Below, one piece after another: positions 1-6,770 of a DNA stretch of 18,919 nt. This DNA is from Candidatus Undinarchaeota archaeon (lineage in GTDB: Archaea > Undinarchaeota > Undinarchaeia > Undinarchaeales > UBA543). The notes beneath the pieces were generated by a model that saw only the letters and a list, made by a program, of their open reading frames with translations, did no database searches and was not told the DNA's origin. Position 1 is the first letter of the stretch. Each line of letters begins with the position of its first letter. Location of the stretch: NCBI GenBank assembly GCA_964567575.1, contig CAZMMZ010000004.1, positions 4,071-22,989 of the forward strand, given 5' to 3'. Both the position numbers and the translations under genes were made by a program.

Positions 1-86
1 CCACGCTGGCAAATTTTCAAACATATTCCTAAATAGCGCTTTTTAATTTATAAATGCTTCTCTAGTAAACAAACCAATTTCAAATC

Positions 87-140
87 TGGGCTTCGCGCAG
101 CGAATGCCCACGGCCATCCTCCGCGGCCAGGCGGAGGAAC
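87..140. ncRNA. GC-rich structured element (hairpin plus possible H-type pseudoknot), unknown class
   Basis: Hairpin 87-110 (TGGGC-TTCGC/GCGAA-T-GCCCA, GCA triloop). Perfect 8-bp stem 117-124/131-138 whose loop GGCC (125-128) can pair with GGCC at 112-115. Far more GC-rich than the flanks. Matches no RNA family I recognise. Confidence 0.4.
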
Positions 141-173
141 AAATTAATAAAGCAGACGCGCATATACGAGCGT

Positions 174-791
174 ATGAAAAAAGTAGTGATTCTTGTAGAT
201 TCTGAAAACAATAAGTATACTGCGAATCCTGCAACTGAAATTCTGGAACGATACAGTATTGACACGCACCTTGAAGTCATATCACCACATAAACAACCAG
301 CTCGTCTGCGTGAAATTGTAAAAGGTTCAGAAGCAGATGCATTTATTTGCATAGCTGGACTTTCAGCTGCACTCCCAGGAATAGTTGCATCAATCACACC
401 AAAACCAGTTATTGGTGTTCCTGTTGATCAGAAACTAATGGGAATTGATTCCTTGCTTTCAATGACTCAAATGCCAGATGGTTTTCCAGTAGCAACAGTT
501 GGAGTGGATAATGCAAAGAACGCAGCATATCTTGCTCTTCGAATCCTTGCAATAAGATATCCAGAAATACTTTCACGTAGTCAAGATTCAAATTCTTATT
601 CTGAACCAGAACATTCAGAACCAACAGTATCAGAATACAAGTCAGCAGAGCCAGAAACTTCACCCCCAGTTGCAATGCCTGATTTTATGACAAGCGCAAC
701 ACCGGATGAGCCAGTAACTTTTGAAGAATCAAAACCAGAAGAACCTGTGCAAAAAAAGAAACCGCGAGCACGTGGCGACTGGTGGATGTAG
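174..791 (+). CDS. purE: PurE-like (N5-CAIR mutase/AIR carboxylase family) protein with acidic low-complexity C-terminal extension
   Basis: Family motifs SPHKQP (canonical SAHRTP), IAGLSAALPG, PVIGVPV, GIDSLLSMTQMPDGFPVATV and NAKNAA. The last ~70 aa are S/E/P-rich. Confidence 0.85.
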   Translation: MKKVVILVDSENNKYTANPATEILERYSIDTHLEVISPHKQPARLREIVKGSEADAFICIAGLSAALPGIVASITPKPVIGVPVDQKLMGIDSLLSMTQMPDGFPVATVGVDNAKNAAYLALRILAIRYPEILSRSQDSNSYSEPEHSEPTVSEYKSAEPETSPPVAMPDFMTSATPDEPVTFEESKPEEPVQKKKPRARGDWWM

Positions 792-793
792 GA

Positions 794-806
794 AAACCTT
801 TTTATA
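794..806 (+). promoter_or_regulatory. BRE/TATA promoter of tRNA-Gly
   Basis: AAACCTTTTTATA, about 26 nt upstream of the tRNA 5' end. The same ACCTTTTTA core precedes minD and pheS. Confidence 0.65.
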
Positions 807-831
807 ACCGTGACTTAATACAAAAACCTAT

Positions 832-905
832 GCGCCGGTAGTTTAGTGGTATGACTCAACCTTGCCAAGGTTGTAACCTGAGTTCAAATCTCAGTCGGCG
901 CACCA
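832..905 (+). tRNA. tRNA-Gly (GCC), CCA encoded
   Basis: Cloverleaf: acceptor GCGCCGG/TCGGCGC, anticodon stem CAACC/GGTTG with loop TTGCCAA, T arm CTGAG-TTCAAAT-CTCAG, discriminator A followed by CCA. Confidence 0.97.
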
Positions 906-1156
906 ATTATTTTAAATATCCTACTTCGCTAATAATATTAAAATGAAAATTAAAAATATGAAAATTGATAACAAAACAATTGGACAAATTATGATTGGAG
1001 CTGGATTTATTATGATTTTAATAAATGCTGCAGATTACATATTTAAATGGAAAGGAGATTACATTTCACTTTTAATAATTGGTCTTGCACTTGGTTTTAC
1101 AGGTATGGTTTTGGCTAAAAAATAAAAGAAAAATTATAGTCGCGCACCAATATTTT
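893..1156 (+). repeat. Imperfect direct repeat of the tRNA-Gly 3' end (893-913 and 1138-1156), att-like
   Basis: AGTCGGCGCACCAATTATTTT versus AGTC-GCGCACCAAT-ATTTT. Identical 10-nt core GCGCACCAAT at 898-907 and 1142-1151. Confidence 0.7.
943..1125 (+). CDS. Small membrane protein (60 aa, two predicted TM helices)
   Basis: Two hydrophobic stretches and a basic C-terminus. TTTTAAAT lies about 26 nt upstream of the first ATG. An alternative start at the second Met is possible. Confidence 0.75.
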   Translation: MKIKNMKIDNKTIGQIMIGAGFIMILINAADYIFKWKGDYISLLIIGLALGFTGMVLAKK

Positions 1157-1161
1157 TTAGA

Positions 1162-2073
1162 TTAACCAACAATACCAAAAGTAACAATCTTTAGAAGTAA
1201 TCTACCGAACCGACTAAAAAATGAACTTTGTTTTATCATTTCGACTTCTGTGGCAGTGAACCGCCCAGAAACATCATCAGAATATCCAGCATAAAGCATA
1301 TCTTCTCCTGCACTAAGAGGAGTATATACCCCAGTTACTTTTATCACATCTCCTTTGTCCAGGCTTTGTAGATCTATGCCAAGAGAATCAGTTCTCTTAA
1401 ATCCAAGCAATATACTTGATGTATCACCTGAAATAATTGCTGCTGTTATTTCATTTTTGTATTCGTCATACATTTCACCTGCATAAGTCTTTTTGAATGC
1501 GCTCTTAAGTTGTTCTGTAAGAACCTCAACTGGTATTAATTCGCCAAGTTTACCAGCATTAGCATCTATATAATCATCCACAGCATCTTCAAATATAGAA
1601 AGTGTTTGCTTTAGAGTGTAAGTTTTGATTACTTCACTCTCTACTGTTGCAGTTGCAGAACGACCAATTGCAGCTAATTCATCTACACTTAAAATACCAC
1701 TAATTGTTTCTATAGTGTTCTGAGTAGATCCGATATTTGAACGAGGAGGACTGCTTCCAGCCTTGTCTGGCTTGCAAACATTATAAGCCCTATTGCAGTA
1801 TTGGTCATCATCGCAATCTGGACAACTTGAACAATACGCGGTTTCTTGAGAACAATAGCATTCATTAAGTTTGGTATTGCATTGCCCTAAATCGCCATCA
1901 ACACAGCAACCATAACCACCACTAGGACAGATATTGCTACAAGCCTTAGCGCATTGAGCATGGTTAGTACAGTAAGTTGCTGCCTCAACTGGACTTGCTG
2001 ACAGCGAACTAATTACAATAATACTAATTAGAAAAACCAGAATTATAGAAATTTTACTATGCATATGCATCAT
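1162..2073 (-). CDS. Secreted/surface protein: signal peptide, 14-Cys domain, possible OB-fold-like C-terminal domain, amphipathic tail
   Basis: N-terminal hydrophobic signal ending near VEA-A. 14 Cys within about 66 aa. C-terminus SSFFSRFGRLLLKIVTFGIVG. Exact start Met is uncertain (2073, 2070 or 2064). Confidence 0.85.
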   Translation of the reverse strand: MMHMHSKISIILVFLISIIVISSLSASPVEAATYCTNHAQCAKACSNICPSGGYGCCVDGDLGQCNTKLNECYCSQETAYCSSCPDCDDDQYCNRAYNVCKPDKAGSSPPRSNIGSTQNTIETISGILSVDELAAIGRSATATVESEVIKTYTLKQTLSIFEDAVDDYIDANAGKLGELIPVEVLTEQLKSAFKKTYAGEMYDEYKNEITAAIISGDTSSILLGFKRTDSLGIDLQSLDKGDVIKVTGVYTPLSAGEDMLYAGYSDDVSGRFTATEVEMIKQSSFFSRFGRLLLKIVTFGIVG

Positions 2074-2125
2074 TATTAATTATCGTTTATATCCTTTACT
2101 GTAAAACATAGCCAACACACAAATT

Positions 2126-3283
2126 TTATATTGTATCTGCCAACTCAGAAAATAATTCTGGCCAATTATGAAGACCTTCTTCTTTACCAGTTCGAATAAT
2201 TATTACATTATTCTCAGGAGAAATGTAAAGGAACTGACCATATAAACCAACAGCAGAAAAATCAGATTTCTCATTTTCAGAATAAACCCACCAAGAATAT
2301 TTGTAATAACTATCTGCACCAGCACGTAGATTTTTTTCAGACTCTTTGAATTGTGTTGAATCAGAAATCCAATCTTCAGAAATAAGTTGTTCCCCATTCC
2401 AATTTCCATTATTCAAAAACAATCTACCGAATTTTGTAAAATCAATAGCCCGCGCATTAAGACCTAATGCCATTTTTTCAAACTTGTTTTTATTACTATC
2501 AATATTCCATGTAGCCGGATATTCCATTTCAAGAGGAATCCAAAGTTTTTCCTCAAGATATTTTGAAACCGACATATTCGTTGAACGTTCCAAAATTAAT
2601 CCCAAAAGAACTGAATTAAGATTATTATAACTAAATTCAGAACCAGGTTCAGTGTCAAGATATAATTCAGTTAAAGCAACTTTTCTTAAATCAGTGTGAT
2701 AAAAAGAACGTGTGTCAGCATCCCATAACCGGAGTACCTTATATTGAGTGTTAAAATTTGCTACACCAGATGACATCATTAAAAGATTTTTAATAGTAAC
2801 ACGATCAAACCCGCGGCTTTGAAGCTCAGGTATATAATTTGTAATTGGATCATCAACACTTTGAATATGATTTTCTTGAATAGCAATACCAATTAACGCA
2901 GAAAGAACGGATTTTGAAACTGAAAAAGAAGCTAGAAGCGACTCTTTGTCTGCGCCATTAAAATAATTCTCATACAAAATTATATCATTTTTTATAACTA
3001 AGAAAGAAGTTGTTTGAGTTGACTCAAAGAAAATATCAACATTAGAAACATTAAACGCTTCTTCAATAAGTTCAGATGAAGTATCTGAACTTTCTTGGAA
3101 AATAAAAGTGTCTGGAGAATTTTTTATTTCAACATAAGGAAAACGAGCATAATCATCAACAGTCGGTGGACTCATTGCTACAGCTCGATAAACATATTCA
3201 GGTGGATTACTTTGAAAAAAAACATACCCACCTAGTGAAACTAAAAGAATTAAAAGAATAAAGATAATTTTTAACTTTTTCAA
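2126..3283 (-). CDS. Serine hydrolase, beta-lactamase class C/AmpC/NylB-like family, with N-terminal membrane anchor or signal
   Basis: SxxK (SVSK), YxN (FSYNN) and AVGLYGQ motifs. TTG start followed by a hydrophobic N-terminal helix. Confidence 0.9.
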   Translation of the reverse strand: MKKLKIIFILLILLVSLGGYVFFQSNPPEYVYRAVAMSPPTVDDYARFPYVEIKNSPDTFIFQESSDTSSELIEEAFNVSNVDIFFESTQTTSFLVIKNDIILYENYFNGADKESLLASFSVSKSVLSALIGIAIQENHIQSVDDPITNYIPELQSRGFDRVTIKNLLMMSSGVANFNTQYKVLRLWDADTRSFYHTDLRKVALTELYLDTEPGSEFSYNNLNSVLLGLILERSTNMSVSKYLEEKLWIPLEMEYPATWNIDSNKNKFEKMALGLNARAIDFTKFGRLFLNNGNWNGEQLISEDWISDSTQFKESEKNLRAGADSYYKYSWWVYSENEKSDFSAVGLYGQFLYISPENNVIIIRTGKEEGLHNWPELFSELADTI

Positions 3284-3388
3284 TTTAACAACCTAAAAGA
3301 AATGAGTGTTAACAGATTAAAGGTTTTTCGATAAGAAAGAATAATACATTCCATACCATTTTTATACCACTGCTTACTACAATTTCGT

Positions 3389-4192
3389 ATGAAGAAGCAG
3401 AATATTTTCAATATCGCAATTGTTACTGTTGCATTAATTCTTGTTATAATAATAGGATTATATTATCTTCAAACAGAACACGATTCACTTACATTTTCAG
3501 GCCCGAACATCTATAGAGCTGTTTATGCATGGGAAATAATGAATGAACAGGGATATGAAGTGAATATAAATTTTGAAGGAGAATGGACTGACAATAACAA
3601 ACCTGCAAAAGGAACTGGCATTGTATTACATGGAGCAGAAGGTGCATTCCTAATTTTGTATGAAGATAAAGAAATCAGTGTCGGTGGACCGACATCTGGA
3701 AAAGAACACATACAAGCAGTATCAATTATTTTAGAACCTGCACATAAATCTGTTGTAAAGATTGGACTTGAACCACAAAGATCAGAATCTTTAGAAAATT
3801 TTATTCAAACAATCGAATCACTTTCAGATGCAATTTCTGACAACATCTATACAATTGGGTTAGAGGGAGATATTATGATGGATAGTGAAACTCTCCTCAA
3901 ACCAACAATTATACAAGAACTTGATAATATTTTGAAAGGAGATAACTCAATTACATTTTATGAAACTGGATTAAGATTTTCTTTGAAGAACGCAAATCTT
4001 GCAGATCTTGCGGAAATACGAGACATGTTTCTTTTGAATGAAATCCAAATTTCAAATGTTGCAACTAGTAGACTTGTGATAATAAATCGCTTGGAAGATT
4101 ATCCAAAAAAAACAGAATTAGAATTAGTACAATGCCTACCAGGTGAAACAAAAACATATTCACTAAGAATAATTAAAAAACCGATTCAATGA
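3389..4192 (+). CDS. Membrane-anchored hypothetical protein, coupled to the downstream Wzy-like gene
   Basis: 267-aa ORF with one N-terminal TM segment. TTTTTATA lies about 23 nt upstream. ATGA overlap with the next gene at 4189-4192. Confidence 0.8.
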   Translation: MKKQNIFNIAIVTVALILVIIIGLYYLQTEHDSLTFSGPNIYRAVYAWEIMNEQGYEVNINFEGEWTDNNKPAKGTGIVLHGAEGAFLILYEDKEISVGGPTSGKEHIQAVSIILEPAHKSVVKIGLEPQRSESLENFIQTIESLSDAISDNIYTIGLEGDIMMDSETLLKPTIIQELDNILKGDNSITFYETGLRFSLKNANLADLAEIRDMFLLNEIQISNVATSRLVIINRLEDYPKKTELELVQCLPGETKTYSLRIIKKPIQ

Positions 4193-5232
4193 AAATTTTA
4201 GAACAATTAAGAAAAAGCGAAATTCTCAGACCAAGTGTTCTTTTAACAATTGGAACTTTAATTTTTATTGCACTAGCAAAATATGCACCGAGCAGAATTG
4301 GAATAATAGTAATAATAAGTTGCTTAGCTGCTTTTGCTTTTGGAGAAAAATATGGTTTGAAATTCAAACCAAAATTAAAAATCAATAAAAAAGTTTTGCG
4401 AACAACAAGTGGAATAATTTTTTTAATTGCTCTTGTAGCACTTTATTTTGATTTTTACAGTGCAGGTGGAATTCCACTTTTGAATAGCACAACAAGAAGA
4501 TTCTTACACCCAATTCTAACTTCACTTGCGTTTCTTATGGTTCCTGCAAATGCTGTTTTGGTTTCAACACTTTCAAAAGAAAAGCGAGCAAAATTACAAA
4601 CAGGATTTTTAATATTATTCACAGCTGGTATAATGGCGTTACTTGGTTACCGCACAGAAGTCCTTGCAGCAATTATTTCTGGAGTTTTAGTTGCATATTA
4701 TTGTGAGATTTTTGAATTTAAAGAAATTGCATCATTTGGGATAGCTGCAATAATTGCTTTTGTAGGAATAACTGTATTGCGCGGAGGCGGGCTAATAAAT
4801 TATAGATCTGCAACAACTCTTGGTGCATTTGATTTCCTTGTTGAAAAAGCAGGAACACTTGGACTAACTCACGGTTCTGTGCAATTCGCTGATATTATGA
4901 AAATATTTTCTGATCTCCCAGTAATAGGAGGCAGACATTTAGTTGGAAATATTATTGGATCGCGCGCAGGAGTTTCTATAACAAGCACGTTATTCGGACC
5001 TCCATTCATTGACTTTGGCATACTTGCACTTCTTGAATTCGGAATTCTTGGATTAATTGCAGGAGCTGGTTATATTGCAGCTAAAACAAAAAAAGGATTA
5101 TACGCAGCTTCACATTCAATTGTCTTGACTTTCTTATTACTTGGAATTGAAACAGGGATTACTGACTTGATAATTTGGATTTACATAATACTTGCAGGCG
5201 GATTCTTTGCTTATTCTCATTTAAAAAAATAG
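4189..5232 (+). CDS. Archaeal oligosaccharide repeat-unit polymerase (Wzy/O-antigen polymerase-like) polytopic membrane protein
   Basis: About 9-10 hydrophobic segments. LLGYRT and SITSTLFGPPFIDFG motifs resemble the archaeal putative O-antigen polymerase family (recognised by eye). Confidence 0.7.
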   Translation: MKILEQLRKSEILRPSVLLTIGTLIFIALAKYAPSRIGIIVIISCLAAFAFGEKYGLKFKPKLKINKKVLRTTSGIIFLIALVALYFDFYSAGGIPLLNSTTRRFLHPILTSLAFLMVPANAVLVSTLSKEKRAKLQTGFLILFTAGIMALLGYRTEVLAAIISGVLVAYYCEIFEFKEIASFGIAAIIAFVGITVLRGGGLINYRSATTLGAFDFLVEKAGTLGLTHGSVQFADIMKIFSDLPVIGGRHLVGNIIGSRAGVSITSTLFGPPFIDFGILALLEFGILGLIAGAGYIAAKTKKGLYAASHSIVLTFLLLGIETGITDLIIWIYIILAGGFFAYSHLKK

Positions 5233-5340
5233 AATCGATTACTAACAACATTTAAATACAGCACCAATACGAAATGAGTTATACAACTAAGGGAATATGA
5301 ATAAAACGACTTTTTCTTAGTAATTAAAAAGAGAGCTAAT

Positions 5341-6699
5341 ATGCCAGATATAAAAACAGTTGCAGAATTTGAAAAAGCAAAAATGCATAAACCAGAGCCA
5401 GTGGAAAAAACGCCAGTAACAAATGTGCATCACGAGCGAATGCTTGAACACGTTGACAAATTTAAAACCCTTGGAATAAGCAGAGATATACTTAGAGCAA
5501 TTGCAGATGAAGGATTTACAGAACCAACAGAAATTCAAACTAAATCGATTCCACATGTTATTGCAAATAAAGATGTTATAGCAAGAGCTGCAACTGGTTC
5601 AGGAAAAACATTAGCATTTGGTTGCGGAGTTATACAAAAGACCATCAAAGGAAGAGGAATACAAGCACTTATTTTAGCACCAACACGAGAACTTGCAGAA
5701 CAAACTGGACTTGAATTGAAAAAGTTTTCAAAATATAAACCACTTAGAGTTGCAATAGTTTATGGAGGAGTTCCAATAAACCGACAGATACACGCAATCA
5801 GAACCGCAGATGTTATTGTAGGAACACCAGGAAGACTATTAGATCATATGCAACGCAAAACAATCACATTCCAATACATAAACACATTAGTTTTAGATGA
5901 AGCAGATCGCATGCTTGATATGGGTTTTTTACCAGATGTAAAGGAAATAATAAATTCATGCTCAAAAGACAGACAAACACTTTTATTTTCAGCTACAGTT
6001 TCCGGCGCTGTTGCAGCAATAGCAAAAGATTACATGAAAGATCCAGAAGAAGTATTTGCAGAATCTCATGTTGATCCAACAAAACTTAAACAGATTTATT
6101 ATGATGTTTCAAAAAACTTGAAATTTTCTTTACTACTTTATTTATTGAAAAATGAAAAATCAGATCTTGTAATGGTATTCTGTAATACGCGAAGAGGTGT
6201 GGATTTTGTTGCAAAGAATTTGACAGATCATAAAATTGATGCAATACCTATTCACGGTGGATTTGCACAAGCAAAGCGAAAGAAAACATTAGGAAAATTC
6301 CATTCACAAAAAGCAGAAGTTCTTGTTTGCACAGATGTTGCAGCGCGTGGTTTGGATATTCCATCAGTATCTCACGTATACAATTATGATATTCCAAAAG
6401 AAAGTGATCAATATATCCACAGAATAGGACGAACTGCACGCGCAGGAAAAGATGGCAAAGTTATAAACATTCTTTCAGATGCAGATTATGATAATTTCAG
6501 AAAAGTAATGGCAAAGAAACATGGAACAATAACACGAACTGAGAAACCGCATATCCCAATGGTTAGTGTAAGTCAACCAGAACGAAGAGTATATAATCGA
6601 GGTAGAAGTGGAAAACCTCAAAATAAACAACATTCTGGAAAAAGAAAGAAATACAATAATAATTCAGGTAAAAAGAGACCAATGCAAAGACGGCAGTAA
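5341..6699 (+). CDS. DEAD-box RNA helicase (DeaD/CshA-like)
   Basis: Q motif GFTEPTEIQ, ATGSGKT, PTRELA, DEAD, SAT, VFCNT, TDVAARGLD and HRIGRTAR, with a basic disordered C-terminal tail. Confidence 0.97.
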   Translation: MPDIKTVAEFEKAKMHKPEPVEKTPVTNVHHERMLEHVDKFKTLGISRDILRAIADEGFTEPTEIQTKSIPHVIANKDVIARAATGSGKTLAFGCGVIQKTIKGRGIQALILAPTRELAEQTGLELKKFSKYKPLRVAIVYGGVPINRQIHAIRTADVIVGTPGRLLDHMQRKTITFQYINTLVLDEADRMLDMGFLPDVKEIINSCSKDRQTLLFSATVSGAVAAIAKDYMKDPEEVFAESHVDPTKLKQIYYDVSKNLKFSLLLYLLKNEKSDLVMVFCNTRRGVDFVAKNLTDHKIDAIPIHGGFAQAKRKKTLGKFHSQKAEVLVCTDVAARGLDIPSVSHVYNYDIPKESDQYIHRIGRTARAGKDGKVINILSDADYDNFRKVMAKKHGTITRTEKPHIPMVSVSQPERRVYNRGRSGKPQNKQHSGKRKKYNNNSGKKRPMQRRQ

Positions 6700-6737
6700 T
6701 GGAAAAACAACTAGTCTTGACCTTATTCCCCAAACTA

Positions 6738-6748
6738 TTTTTATATAA
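6738..6748 (+). promoter_or_regulatory. TATA box of the frameshifted NlpC/P60-like gene
   Basis: TTTTTATATAA about 23 nt upstream of ATG 6771, the same spacing as for other leaderless genes here. Confidence 0.55.
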
Positions 6749-6770
6749 GATGAGTATATTAGAATAAACA

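Noticed and set aside
1-10. Minus strand reads GCCAGCGTGG, like the 5' end of an archaeal tRNA running off the window, with a possible TATA at 47-54
   Set aside because: Only 10 nt are visible, so no cloverleaf or anticodon can be checked. It needs the adjacent sequence.
87-140. HDV-like ribozyme, H/ACA RNA, or ZTP/PRPP riboswitch identity for the GC-rich element
   Set aside because: GCC-ATCCTCCGC-GGC and GCGAATG resemble HDV P3/L3 and J4/2, but the P1/P2 partners and order do not fit on either strand. There is no K-turn for H/ACA, and the riboswitch consensus blocks are absent.
80-675. Track ORFs 43..234, 80..397 and 409..675 on the minus strand
   Set aside because: They are antisense shadows of purE and the intergenic element, with no motifs.
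5261-5268. GCACCAAT, a third partial match to the tRNA-Gly 3' end that would define a 4.4-kb island
   Set aside because: Only 8 nt match with no flanking similarity, which is expected by chance. Similar matches also occur inside glyS codons.
5297-5320. 7-codon uORF (MNKTTFS) upstream of the DEAD-box helicase
   Set aside because: Too short and unremarkable to support without conservation or ribosome data.
6699-6767. 22-aa ORF overlapping the helicase stop (TAATG)
   Set aside because: It runs through the TATA box of the next gene, has no recognisable features, and is likely incidental.
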